A stretch of DNA of 64,000 bases from a virus, in IMG/VR virus record IMGVR_UViG_3300030329_003696, positions 64,001 to 128,000 of that record; one strand, given 5' to 3'. The notes under the pieces were generated by a model. That model ran no database searches. It worked only from the letters and a program-made list of their open reading frames with translations, and had not been told where the DNA came from. The translations under genes and the position numbers were made by a program. Positions 10,351 to 19,759 of this stretch are shown one piece after another. Numbering within the stretch: the stretch's first letter is position 1; every line of letters starts with the position of its first letter.

Positions 10351-10820
10351 TATTGATGTACACCCCATGCGATAGCACTGAGTGAATCATGCAAGCTCTT
10401 TCTCTTTTTCGCTGTTAACTGACTATCTTCTAGACCTATTGTATTTACGATAATACTATCTATCTCTTCTCCAAGGTTGGGATACTTATCCTTTAGATCT
10501 AAGCCCGCAAAGTTAAGGCCACCAGACTTTATATTGAACTCTCTGAATTTTCCTGTGGAGTCCAAAAATCCGGGATCTGACTTAACTACATCTGCGACCT
10601 CTAGGAAGAAGTCCGATATCTGCGTTGCGTCTTTTTTATCTATATCCATATCTACAACCTTCTGAACGAGCGTTTTGTATTCCAAAGTTGGCTCGTCCAC
10701 GTTAACTGACGGTGTGTTAACAATCTCTACGTTATTTTTTACAATTTCAATGATCTGTTCGCCAAAGAAAGCAGCTACCACAAGGATGGTGGCTAGTATT
10801 AGCTTTACAGTATTAGGCAT
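10350..10820 (-). CDS. membrane-anchored/secreted protein
   Basis: N-terminal hydrophobic segment. Confidence 0.7.
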   Translation of the reverse strand: MPNTVKLILATILVVAAFFGEQIIEIVKNNVEIVNTPSVNVDEPTLEYKTLVQKVVDMDIDKKDATQISDFFLEVADVVKSDPGFLDSTGKFREFNIKSGGLNFAGLDLKDKYPNLGEEIDSIIVNTIGLEDSQLTAKKRKSLHDSLSAIAWGVHQ

Positions 10821-11103
10821 TTTTCACCTCTCTATCGTCCACCTTTGGAACAAAGAGAGGGAAGATCTTATCTAATTCGTCACAAGCAGAGTTTAGTTTT
10901 GCTTTCTCACAGCTAACCTTTAGATGCTCCCAACACCTGATAATTTCCACCAAGGAAGAGTCCTTCGGGATTCCGTCTTGGGGAATATATGGCTTTACAT
11001 CGCTAGGTTTAAAACTAGAGGCAAAGCCTTTAATATGGGGCCAAAAAACACTCAGTGCTAATATGGCCGCTCCAACAAGCATAATAATTTGAAAAGTGTT
11101 CAT
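10813..11103 (-). CDS. membrane-anchored protein
   Basis: N-terminal TM helix. Confidence 0.7.
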   Translation of the reverse strand: MNTFQIIMLVGAAILALSVFWPHIKGFASSFKPSDVKPYIPQDGIPKDSSLVEIIRCWEHLKVSCEKAKLNSACDELDKIFPLFVPKVDDREVKNA

Positions 11104-11105
11104 CT

Positions 11106-11447
11106 TTACTCCTGTATACTTTCCATTAAATCAAACAATTCTCTTTCTGAAAGTGTTTTTGACACCTCTGAGAAACTTTTGTATAACGCTTTTCTTTCGT
11201 CCTTGCCTTTAAAATTCTTCCTTATTTCTTTTCTTATTAGATATCTATGGATAATGTTGTCGGATCGAATTGCCGACAACATTTTTTCTTTCGAGTAACA
11301 CATATATAATAGCTTAACTACGGATATAATGCAATTACAAATTGCCATAATGGTGAACGGATCAAAAGAAAACTTGTCACATCTTGATTGTGCGTGTGCT
11401 AGTATTCTTCGACCGATCAATTGTTGTGCTTCTGGTAAATCACTCAT
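11106..11447 (-). CDS. hypothetical protein
   Basis: operon packing. Confidence 0.65.
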   Translation of the reverse strand: MSDLPEAQQLIGRRILAHAQSRCDKFSFDPFTIMAICNCIISVVKLLYMCYSKEKMLSAIRSDNIIHRYLIRKEIRKNFKGKDERKALYKSFSEVSKTLSERELFDLMESIQE

Positions 11448-12126
11448 CGTTTAATTTCTCCTGTATAGTCTCAACCATTTTACTAGCATCCATAAAGCCC
11501 GAAAATCTATGTACTGGGTTTTCTAGGTTATCATGATCGAGAAAAATTACGGTCGGGTAATACTTTACTTTGTAGTACAAAAAAAACTTCTTATGATCTG
11601 GATTATCCTCGTCATAAATAATAAGTTTTGCCTTCTTCTGCTCTATCGCTTCTTTGACCCTCCTGCTTGCCCAAGTCTGCTGTTTCATTTTCTCGCATGG
11701 GCCACACCACTTCGCTCCAAAATGATAGATGTAGAATTCTGGATCGTCTGAAGATATCAAAAAGTCTTGGGATGACTCTTTTTTTTTAACGTCTTCTTTT
11801 AGGGGGAAACATTGACCACTTTCTTGACAGTTACACTCTTGTTTATCGCAGCCGCAGTCACACCCACTGTTTGGCTTTGGGTCTGGCTCAGGCTTAACTT
11901 TGTCTTCGCACGCAGAACATCCGGGGCATTCTGTTTTGTGACCATCTCCGTGAGTAATCCATCCAGAACCATCACACTTTTCTTCTACTGTGTCCTCATC
12001 TTCAGTCATTATGACTTTGGCTAGGTTTGTAGATATATATGGTCTATGGTTTATGTTGTCTTCGTTCCCTGTAAAATTGAATGTCACTAAAGCTGAGGCT
12101 AAAAGCCAAGTACCTAGTATTTTCAT
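11440..12126 (-). CDS. exported thioredoxin-like protein with Cys-rich linker
   Basis: signal-like N-terminus, Cys clusters, FGAKWCGPC, YPT cis-Pro. Confidence 0.85.
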   Translation of the reverse strand: MKILGTWLLASALVTFNFTGNEDNINHRPYISTNLAKVIMTEDEDTVEEKCDGSGWITHGDGHKTECPGCSACEDKVKPEPDPKPNSGCDCGCDKQECNCQESGQCFPLKEDVKKKESSQDFLISSDDPEFYIYHFGAKWCGPCEKMKQQTWASRRVKEAIEQKKAKLIIYDEDNPDHKKFFLYYKVKYYPTVIFLDHDNLENPVHRFSGFMDASKMVETIQEKLNDE

Positions 12127-12135
12127 GATAGCACC

Positions 12136-13062
12136 CTATAGGTATGATGATGTACCGTAATCTGGTAAGTTTCTAGCTGGAAAACCTTCCACGTCACTAA
12201 AAACCCAAGATCCTTGTTCTGCCAACATTCCTCTGGCGTCCTTTTCACGTATCCAAAAACTACCTTCTGGTTGACCATGTACTTTTGGCCCACTATTCCA
12301 TTTACCCCAACTGTTTTGAACTAGGAAGAGGGTTTCTCGAAACCGTTTTTTGGTGTCATCACAAGCTATCCAAGCCATAGCATGGTTCCAGCCGGAGCCA
12401 CGCTTGGCAATCCCGTTAGTATCCCTACGACTGCTGAACCCATACCCTGAGCATACGCTGAGAGCGTAACCATTAGAGAGTGCATCTCTAGCTTCTTCGA
12501 CTGTGGTTATCATTGAAATAGTTTTTACCTGATGCTTTTTAGCCTCTGTAGAATAAATCTTAGAGGGTATTTGATGTCTAGCACCAAGGGCTGAGTTGTA
12601 TGTAGAGAGATCTACTTCGCCATAGTCTTTTCTTAGTAGAATACCGCCCTTAGAGTGGACGTACTTAGCGGCACCGGAACAGGTCATGCCTTGTCCTCTG
12701 TGGCCCCTAGATTGATATATTGCCTCTGTAGCACTGCGAGTTTCAAAAGATTCTAACTCGCCTTTTATGTCTATCTCCACTGCTCTCGTTATATCGACGG
12801 CGTTTCTGGTGGAGTGAGAAACACAGTCTCCTGTCGTTTGCCTTTCAGACGGCCCAAAACTTGAATCAAACTTCAGCAAAGACTTAAACGGCAGGGAGAG
12901 TTTACCCTCTCCGCTACCGAAAAGTCTGTAGGCGGTCGCACCAAAAATAGGTGTTTTTAACTTTGCGAGAAGCTCTGCTGTTTCTTCTGGGTCGCAGATG
13001 CTTCCCTCAAAACCGTTTCTGTAGGCATTCAACAATTCCCTCGGACTGCTGAATGTGTCCAT
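12136..13062 (-). CDS. papain-like (C1A) cysteine peptidase
   Basis: QTTGDCVSH (Gln/Cys), NHAM (His), LVQNSWG (Asn), GSFWI. Confidence 0.88.
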   Translation of the reverse strand: MDTFSSPRELLNAYRNGFEGSICDPEETAELLAKLKTPIFGATAYRLFGSGEGKLSLPFKSLLKFDSSFGPSERQTTGDCVSHSTRNAVDITRAVEIDIKGELESFETRSATEAIYQSRGHRGQGMTCSGAAKYVHSKGGILLRKDYGEVDLSTYNSALGARHQIPSKIYSTEAKKHQVKTISMITTVEEARDALSNGYALSVCSGYGFSSRRDTNGIAKRGSGWNHAMAWIACDDTKKRFRETLFLVQNSWGKWNSGPKVHGQPEGSFWIREKDARGMLAEQGSWVFSDVEGFPARNLPDYGTSSYL

Positions 13063-13064
13063 TA

Positions 13065-13277
13065 TTACTCCTCGTCTTTGTTGTCTTTAAGCCATTTAAT
13101 GGCGGTATCCAAACCAACAGCAACGATGGGTACAAAAAGTGTACCAAGAGTACCTAGATCAATTTGATCCAAATTGCCAGCTACGTAGGTAAGAGCTGCT
13201 GCTCCACCCACCAACAGGGCGTTCTTGCCGATCTTAGAAATATCGGCCCAGTTTAGTGTAAATTTCTTAGAACCCAT
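13065..13277 (-). CDS. holin-like 2-TM protein
   Basis: 70 aa, two hydrophobic helices, charged C-terminal tail. Confidence 0.55.
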   Translation of the reverse strand: MGSKKFTLNWADISKIGKNALLVGGAAALTYVAGNLDQIDLGTLGTLFVPIVAVGLDTAIKWLKDNKDEE

Positions 13278-13278
13278 A

Positions 13279-13854
13279 TCAGTTCTCCTTATAAAGATGA
13301 ATTAAAAAACCTTCGTGAGACTTTTCACTGATCCTGTACGGATAACCTAAAAAGTGAATTTTCTGTCCATGTACCGATTCAGTCTCTATATCGACTCTCC
13401 TGCACATTCTGAGGCAGGAATTGAACTCCTTTAAGAACTCTTCTCTTTCTTCCTCATTTATTATAGAAATCCAGTCAAGCCCCTCCGTGAAATCTCCATT
13501 GTCTTTCGTTAGTTCTTGAAAAGATTCATTGCTCCAAGTCACTCTACCGGTTTTATCAGTTTCAAAGAGAGGTCTACCGGTGTAGTGAAGTGCCGCTTTT
13601 GATCTTTGGTCTAAAACCTTTTGCGTTACTTCTATCCTTTGACAAGTATCCTTAAGGCAGTTGATTGCGTCTTTCATTGAGCCTCCGCCGTTTGGCGTGA
13701 CTTCGCTTTTAATAGTCTCGATAGAATCCTTTAAATACTCATGATCTTTTAGAAAAACCCTGCTAACCTTGAACACCCTCCACAAGAAAATAATTAATGA
13801 TCCACCAAGCCCTAATATTGTACCTATAGTTGTAGCTTCTTCTTGTGATAACAT
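13279..13854 (-). CDS. TM/coiled-coil protein with C-terminal PAS-like domain
   Basis: N-terminal TM, EVTPNGGGSMKDAI, LFETDKTGRVTWSNESF...GLDWISIINEEER. Confidence 0.7.
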   Translation of the reverse strand: MLSQEEATTIGTILGLGGSLIIFLWRVFKVSRVFLKDHEYLKDSIETIKSEVTPNGGGSMKDAINCLKDTCQRIEVTQKVLDQRSKAALHYTGRPLFETDKTGRVTWSNESFQELTKDNGDFTEGLDWISIINEEEREEFLKEFNSCLRMCRRVDIETESVHGQKIHFLGYPYRISEKSHEGFLIHLYKEN

Positions 13855-13871
13855 TTTAAGCTCCCAGTGTT

Positions 13872-13909
13872 AAAAATACCCCACCCCCCAGAGGGGAGCG
13901 GGGGTTTTT
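13872..13909 (-). terminator. intrinsic terminator-like hairpin
   Basis: GC-rich stem flanked by T/A runs downstream of 13929..14591. Confidence 0.55.
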
Positions 13910-13928
13910 AAGATGCACGTACAGGGGT

Positions 13929-14591
13929 TTAGATCACGCCGCTTTCTGGGGTGTCTTTACCTTTGTACTGATCCTGTTTCGGATTCTTACCACCAAACAT
14001 GTAGGTAAGTTCACCCGGAACAGCTCTGGTCGTATTAGCTTCATTGTCACTAGCAGCAACGTCTCCAGCACCACTTGGTGCTACCATGTTTACGTCGTTG
14101 GCAGCACCAGTTCTACTAGTTACGAAACCATTAATGGTTGTAGATGGGGTAGCTAGAATATCAATGACCGTATCACCGATTTTCTTACGCTTGTTGTTTG
14201 ACGTAACATTGCTTCTAGTTGCGTCCATACCTTCGCTATCAGCCGCACCGCCAATCAGCTTGGTGTTCGCTGCGTTGTTGAGAGTAGTGGTAACATTACC
14301 ACCCTGAACAACCCACTGAGTTGCGGTTGAATTGTATGCAATGGTTCCAGCTTGACCAGCTCTAGCTTGACTAACACCGGCTCTGTCTGTGGTATTAGCA
14401 CCCGAACCAGCATTTACTACAACCTTAGAACCAAAGCTCTCGCCAAAATCATCAGCGATGTCAGCGAGGCTAAGGTTCTTGGTCATGACTCCGGCGGCAT
14501 TGCTACCACCGTGGATGACGGTACCACCATCATTTTTTGCACCAGCTCCGACAGCTTCGTCGCCAGCACCACTTGGACGTACAGTAGGCAT
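13929..14591 (-). CDS. Gly/Ala/Thr-rich protein, probable virion structural protein
   Basis: composition; strong RBS; GTGTATAAT motif upstream. Confidence 0.55.
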   Translation of the reverse strand: MPTVRPSGAGDEAVGAGAKNDGGTVIHGGSNAAGVMTKNLSLADIADDFGESFGSKVVVNAGSGANTTDRAGVSQARAGQAGTIAYNSTATQWVVQGGNVTTTLNNAANTKLIGGAADSEGMDATRSNVTSNNKRKKIGDTVIDILATPSTTINGFVTSRTGAANDVNMVAPSGAGDVAASDNEANTTRAVPGELTYMFGGKNPKQDQYKGKDTPESGVI

Positions 14592-14672
14592 AAGGAATCT
14601 CCTTAAATAAGATAAATGAAATAAATTGTTTAGATTCCTTTTGTCCTGTAATGTAGTCCGTTTCCTGATATA

Positions 14673-15140
14673 TTATACACCATAACTCATTGATTTTCTC
14701 AACTTTTTTAGGTTTTTTTGCAACCTTATTCGTATAGTTTCTCCGCAAACCCCTCTGTCTTTTGCGATTTCGTTAATTGTCATATTTTTGTAAAACCTGT
14801 CATATATTAATTCGGGATCGTCGCACTGCTGTATTTCGTCCAGCATGTCAACTCTCTCCGTGTCATTTCGCTTCTCAGGCACACTTATTGTTAGCTGATT
14901 GGTTCTAGCTAGGTTGAACTTTCTCTGAGTCAAGCACTCAAACACAACCCCTCTATGTATAAAAGAAGTTAATTTACATTTACTTCCCGTTTTATACCTC
15001 TTTTTAGCTTTCCATAATGCTGAGAGTATACAGCTCTGAATTTCGTCCCTAGACAATGTAGAGGAAAAAGATGACGCAGCCTTATTTGCAACCTTCACAA
15101 TGTCCTCATTTGATAAATAATCCTCAATACCATTACTCAA
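14673..15140 (-). CDS. sigma70-family (ECF-like) factor
   Basis: region-2-like DEIQSCILSALWKA...LTSFIH; region-4 HTH MTINEIAKDRGVCGETIR. Confidence 0.75.
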   Translation of the reverse strand: MSNGIEDYLSNEDIVKVANKAASSFSSTLSRDEIQSCILSALWKAKKRYKTGSKCKLTSFIHRGVVFECLTQRKFNLARTNQLTISVPEKRNDTERVDMLDEIQQCDDPELIYDRFYKNMTINEIAKDRGVCGETIRIRLQKNLKKLRKSMSYGV

Positions 15141-15597
15141 TATTATTCTCCTTTTTAATTATTGTTTGTTCTATTTTCTTTCTGACATCTTTAAAATCAA
15201 ACATCTTTCCGACGCCAACAAAGAATCTATATCTACTACAAATCTTAAGGGCTTCTACACCCTCAGTTTGATCTAATGCTGTTTTAATGTCCTCTGTTAT
15301 GTTAAAGTTTGTGTGACCCATCCAACAATCAAAATTTGTTACTAAATTTATATTTTCAATAAGTTTGTCGTCAACTGGTATAAAACTTTCCTGCGGGTGA
15401 TTCATTTGTTGTCCACCCTGAGACTTTAACAATTCTTCTATTTCTTCTTCAGTAAAATCTTCTAGCTCTGTTATTTCACCGACCTCTGAAAGCATGTTAT
15501 CCTGAAATGATCTGTAGAGCTGTTGAAATAAAGGCGATTGCATTTGCTCTTCCAGCATGTCTTCATATTTTTGCCAGCCTATTTTATTTTCACTCAT
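15133..15597 (-). CDS. hypothetical protein
   Basis: ORF with RBS. Confidence 0.7.
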   Translation of the reverse strand: MSENKIGWQKYEDMLEEQMQSPLFQQLYRSFQDNMLSEVGEITELEDFTEEEIEELLKSQGGQQMNHPQESFIPVDDKLIENINLVTNFDCWMGHTNFNITEDIKTALDQTEGVEALKICSRYRFFVGVGKMFDFKDVRKKIEQTIIKKENNIE

Positions 15598-15606
15598 GAT
15601 ATTCTC

Positions 15607-15957
15607 CTATAGTATATCTGAAGGTTTGATGCACGGCTCGTTGCTTCCTTTTTGGTCTTCCTCCTTAAGTTCCTTTGACTGTTGCATTTTGGTTAGTAAT
15701 GATTCCGATTTAAGTAATATTTGTGAAATAAGAAGCTCAAGCTCCTCACCCTTACCATCCTCTAGGAACGCATCTTTTACTATGTTCATGGTTTGAACTT
15801 GAAACTGCACGGATGGAATTGATGCTAAGAGTGTTGATAAATGAGTTAGGGTTTGCTCTTCATAATCTTCTATATTAATATCTACTGAGTACTCATTGTC
15901 ATAATCTATACTGTAGCAAACAATTATCTTTTTATTCGTCTTTTGTTCATCAGACAT
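15607..15957 (-). CDS. hypothetical protein
   Basis: operon packing. Confidence 0.65.
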   Translation of the reverse strand: MSDEQKTNKKIIVCYSIDYDNEYSVDINIEDYEEQTLTHLSTLLASIPSVQFQVQTMNIVKDAFLEDGKGEELELLISQILLKSESLLTKMQQSKELKEEDQKGSNEPCIKPSDIL

Positions 15958-16996
15958 CTAATAAATCCATTATTTTGCTGGCAGAGTTGTCCCAACAGAA
16001 CCTCTTGGCTGTTTCTATACCAGCTTGATTAATCGTACCCTTCTTGTCGAGTATAAACCTCATCATTTTCATGCTCAAATCCCACTCTTCATGACTACCA
16101 ATTTTAGCCCATTTTCCTTGACCAAAGAACCATTTATTGTCAAACGCCAGTTCTGTATCTTTTATCGTCACTAAGCCCGCATTTTCTTTAGTACAAAATT
16201 CAGTATGGGCTGAATAATCAGTGGCTATTACGTGTTTACCACAAGACATCATCTCTAGGAGTTCTAAGTTCCAACCTTCTCCACGAGAGGGGAACACTCC
16301 ACAATCTACTTGGGACATAATATTATACACTTCTGCCTGTGTCTCAGCCCTTGGAATAATCTTGACATTTGGGTGAGAATAAAGATTTAGCCATTTATTT
16401 TCTTCTTCTGGGGAGTTGAACGGATTTGAACACATCATCCATAATTCTGCATCTTCTCCATGCTCAACAACCTTCTTGAAAGCGTTAATGAGAATATCGT
16501 GACCCTTACGAACCTCCCATTTACCACAATTAAAAAAGATTGTTTTATCGTCTTCTCTTACTGGTGCTGGGGAAAATAGTTCTGCGTCTACACCAAGAGG
16601 AACAACATCAACATGGGGTACATACGTTTGATCCAAGCATACATTTTTTGCCCACTCTGAACAAACCATTAATCTGTCACAGGAATTTAGGTGGTGCTTT
16701 TCTAAATCGCTAAAGGTATCTAACTCAAAGATGGGAAAGCCAATGAACTTGCCTGACCCTATACGTTCTGCCATCTGGTTCTGATGCCAAATCTTAATAC
16801 AGGGTGCATAAGCATCAAATCTCTTAGACGTTTCTACAGCACTCCTGACGGCATCTGCATCTGCCTGACTGGTAACTTGAGGTTGTCCAATCGGGAACAG
16901 GGATACGTTCGCCCTTTTTTGCAATGCTTTAAGGATGTTTAATCCAGCTACGCCGTAGCCAAGCTGATTGATTGGAGCCATTAAGTTTATGTTCAC
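15950..16996 (-). CDS. GT4/GT-B glycosyltransferase
   Basis: GKWEVRKG, FPSRGEGWNLELLEMMSCG. Confidence 0.9.
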   Translation of the reverse strand: MNINLMAPINQLGYGVAGLNILKALQKRANVSLFPIGQPQVTSQADADAVRSAVETSKRFDAYAPCIKIWHQNQMAERIGSGKFIGFPIFELDTFSDLEKHHLNSCDRLMVCSEWAKNVCLDQTYVPHVDVVPLGVDAELFSPAPVREDDKTIFFNCGKWEVRKGHDILINAFKKVVEHGEDAELWMMCSNPFNSPEEENKWLNLYSHPNVKIIPRAETQAEVYNIMSQVDCGVFPSRGEGWNLELLEMMSCGKHVIATDYSAHTEFCTKENAGLVTIKDTELAFDNKWFFGQGKWAKIGSHEEWDLSMKMMRFILDKKGTINQAGIETAKRFCWDNSASKIMDLLDV

Positions 16997-17685
16997 TTTA
17001 CGTATACTCCTGCAATAAACTCTTCAACTGATTTTGTGTTTGGATTATTTGTAAAATAATTGTTTGTTGTTGATTTAGCGACGGACTTCTTCTCCCCTAG
17101 ACTAACCAGTGCTGCTATACATTCTTGTATAAGCTCACTATTTTGCTCCACCTTTTGCGTCTTTGGTTTCTTGCTTTTTGGTTTCTTACTATTTGATTTC
17201 TTACTCTTTGATTTCTTAGTCTTTGATTTCTTAGTCTTTATCAATTCAGGTGCGTACATCTCGTAGTATTCAGGTGGATTCCAAGCATTCCCACTGTTTC
17301 CGGCTATATCTACAGCGTCCCAACCAGTACCGTTATATTCTTTAGGTTGGCTTTTCTCTCGTTTGTTTGCTCGTTTTAACTTTTGTATTTCCAGCTTGAG
17401 TCTTTTAACCTCTGAGTCTTGGCTTTTTACAGTACGTCTAGCCGTGGCTTTTTTTGTCCCTAGCGTGCAGTGTGCAGCTAGATACTCTTCATCACCTGTG
17501 GCGACCGCAAACAAGTCTTGATCGTCAATATTTGTTTTTAGGTTAGAGCCTACTGGTTTTACTTTCTCTGGCCCAGCAATCATTCCTATCATGAAGCAAA
17601 CCCCACAAAATGTAGCTATACCAAAAGCCAATAACTCTGCTATCCACTGATATGCCTGTAAATCTGATACGCCATCCATTCCCAT
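16993..17685 (-). CDS. membrane-anchored Lys-rich protein, possible RuvA-CTD-like C-terminus
   Basis: TM helix, KxKKS repeats, ECIAALVSLGEKKSVAK. Confidence 0.6.
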   Translation of the reverse strand: MGMDGVSDLQAYQWIAELLAFGIATFCGVCFMIGMIAGPEKVKPVGSNLKTNIDDQDLFAVATGDEEYLAAHCTLGTKKATARRTVKSQDSEVKRLKLEIQKLKRANKREKSQPKEYNGTGWDAVDIAGNSGNAWNPPEYYEMYAPELIKTKKSKTKKSKSKKSNSKKPKSKKPKTQKVEQNSELIQECIAALVSLGEKKSVAKSTTNNYFTNNPNTKSVEEFIAGVYVK

Positions 17686-17711
17686 AACTACACACTGCTC
17701 CGCAATTTAAA

Positions 17712-18119
17712 CTAGTTAATTGTAAAAGTTTTTAACTTCTTCTCTTCAGGAAGAACTTCCTCAGTAGACACGTATAACATGCCATCCCTCATAGAAACGT
17801 CCTTCACCTCATGATATTGTCCAAGAGAGAATTTAGTTGTAAACGCCCTCTTTGCGACACCTCTATAATTATACTCTATATCGTCCTGTTTGTCAACCCC
17901 ACTTGAGGAAATTGTCAAAACTTTGTCCTGAATAGTCACAGAAATGTCATCCCTACTGTATCCAGCAAGGGCTAACTGTATCTGTGTACCATCACCATCC
18001 TTAACGATATTGAATGGAGGGAAGTTTGAGCGGTTATTTGTAGAAACAACTTGGCTCAGTAGGTGTTCCCAACCTACGCTACGTCTTAAAAAGTCTTGAA
18101 TTAAAGTTGAGTTTGTCAT
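17712..18119 (-). CDS. small heat-shock protein Hsp20
   Basis: FPPFNIVK, LALAGYSRDDI, YRGVAKRAF, DGMLYV. Confidence 0.92.
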   Translation of the reverse strand: MTNSTLIQDFLRRSVGWEHLLSQVVSTNNRSNFPPFNIVKDGDGTQIQLALAGYSRDDISVTIQDKVLTISSSGVDKQDDIEYNYRGVAKRAFTTKFSLGQYHEVKDVSMRDGMLYVSTEEVLPEEKKLKTFTIN

Positions 18120-18180
18120 AATAAACCTCCTTTGTTACCCATTAGGCATAACTTGGGAGCAGTGCGTAGTTATAAGAATG

Positions 18181-18218
18181 AAAAAGCCCCGCCAAGCCAT
18201 TGAGACTCGACGAGGCTA
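18181..18218 (-). terminator. intrinsic terminator after ssb
   Basis: AGCCTCGTCGAGTC-loop-GGCTTGGCGGGGCT followed by T-run. Confidence 0.65.
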
Positions 18219-18281
18219 CTCGGTCGCTATAATTATCCGTTTTCATCGTCCTTAACGGTGGTACCGAGTCACGAATACTAA

Positions 18282-18638
18282 TTAAAACGGAGAACTTCCA
18301 TCTTCACTAGTGGTTCGCTTAGTAATTGTAGATGGATCGGGGCCAAGAGAAATCTCATCAGCCATGATGCAAACAGAACTTCTTTTGTTCTGGTTTTCAT
18401 CTTCATAATCATCAATCTTCAGCTTTCCAGTGATAGAAACGAGTCTACCTTTGAGCAGCATAGGATTGAGGCTTTCTGCCATCTTACCAAAACAAAGCAC
18501 ATTGATAAACAAAGTGTCGTCCATTCTACGGTCATTCACCGCCAAGCGGAACTTGGACATCGGTGTGCCCTTCTTTGTTGTAGTAAATTCTGCGTCTTTT
18601 GTGAGCCTTCCGGCTCCGTTCCAACTATTCTGATTCAT
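18282..18638 (-). CDS. ssb: single-stranded DNA-binding protein
   Basis: GRLTKDAE, FRLAVN, KGRLVSITGKL, C-terminal PF. Confidence 0.92.
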   Translation of the reverse strand: MNQNSWNGAGRLTKDAEFTTTKKGTPMSKFRLAVNDRRMDDTLFINVLCFGKMAESLNPMLLKGRLVSITGKLKIDDYEDENQNKRSSVCIMADEISLGPDPSTITKRTTSEDGSSPF

Positions 18639-18639
18639 A

Positions 18640-18951
18640 TTAAACTCCTAAAGCTGATCGAACCTTTCCACGTACTACCTGAGTATTGCCACGATTTGAA
18701 ACGCTCGTAACCGCGTCATATACATGAGATGTAAATCCAGTATTGAGACCTAAAACTTTTCCAGCACGAAGTGTCTCACGCTTATTTGTGCCGTAAACAG
18801 TGCCAGTAGTCTTGTAGGCTACCGCTGTCACGGGGTTTACGGCTTCGCCTCGGTACTGACCACCAGTAATCTCACCAACCAGCGAGCCTTCCTGATTGAA
18901 ATAGCTCTTAGGCAATTTTGCTAGTGCTTTGTAAAACTCATTACTTTCCAT
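18640..18951 (-). CDS. hypothetical protein
   Basis: RBS AGGAG. Confidence 0.7.
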   Translation of the reverse strand: MESNEFYKALAKLPKSYFNQEGSLVGEITGGQYRGEAVNPVTAVAYKTTGTVYGTNKRETLRAGKVLGLNTGFTSHVYDAVTSVSNRGNTQVVRGKVRSALGV

Positions 18952-19153
18952 AATTATCTCCTAAAAAGGTTTGACTTTGTGGAATTGGTGATTCCACTTG
19001 AATATCTTCTTCCAAAGTTTTCTTCCCCTCATCCAAATAGCTAGCCAGTCTAGCTATGTCTTGGTCGATGGCAGCTTTACGCTCATTGAGTTGTTGTATC
19101 TCTCTCTGAACATTAAGCAGGTGTGCCTCAGCCATTTCTTTTAAAGTTGCCAT
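18941..19153 (-). CDS. coiled-coil hypothetical protein
   Basis: start MATLK after AAGGAG; promoter at 19184-19212. Confidence 0.7.
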   Translation of the reverse strand: MATLKEMAEAHLLNVQREIQQLNERKAAIDQDIARLASYLDEGKKTLEEDIQVESPIPQSQTFLGDNYGK

Positions 19154-19208
19154 TAAAAATCTCCTTTGTTTCGGTTTACTTATATTATAGTCCACTTCGG
19201 CCTAAAAG

Positions 19209-19754
19209 TCAATCGGGTTCTTCGGTTTTTTTGAAAGTTTCTAAAATACATTCCAAGACATCGGTATCTAGCGACAACTTTGGTATGTACTTTAACTCCA
19301 ACTTACCCTTTAGTAATCTGAGAATTGTGTCATATTTTTTGGAATAGATTTCCATCTTGGGTGATGAGATGTCTGAGAATAAAATCCTTTTAATTCCACA
19401 TTGGTGAAGCATTTGGACGCAGGACAGACAGGGAACTGCTGTCACGTAGCAATCAGAATCAACTGTTGAGACACCATTCTTGGCGGCATTGTAGACTGCA
19501 TTAGCTTCGGCATGAATCATAAACGGATATTTTTCAGGTCTCTCTCTCGGTAAAATGGAGTCGTCTATACCAGAGATAAAGCCGTTGTAGCCAGTTGAAA
19601 TAATCCTTTTGTCTTTAACTAGCACTGCTCCACACTGTGTTTGTGAATCGTGGCTTCTTTTAGACCATAATGCAGCACTCAAGAGAAACGAAGTCTCCCA
19701 ACTGGTCGGCTCTTGACTCTGCAAGATTAGCTTAGACAAAACCCTGTTTATCAT
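19209..19754 (-). CDS. dCMP deaminase
   Basis: STGYNG, HAEANA, PCLSC. Confidence 0.92.
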   Translation of the reverse strand: MINRVLSKLILQSQEPTSWETSFLLSAALWSKRSHDSQTQCGAVLVKDKRIISTGYNGFISGIDDSILPRERPEKYPFMIHAEANAVYNAAKNGVSTVDSDCYVTAVPCLSCVQMLHQCGIKRILFSDISSPKMEIYSKKYDTILRLLKGKLELKYIPKLSLDTDVLECILETFKKTEEPD

Positions 19755-19759
19755 AGGTA

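Noticed and set aside
18120-18280. Hairpins between ssb and hsp20 as a novel RNA or thermometer
   Set aside because: Largely explained by a terminator plus a short leader hairpin; insufficient evidence from a single copy.
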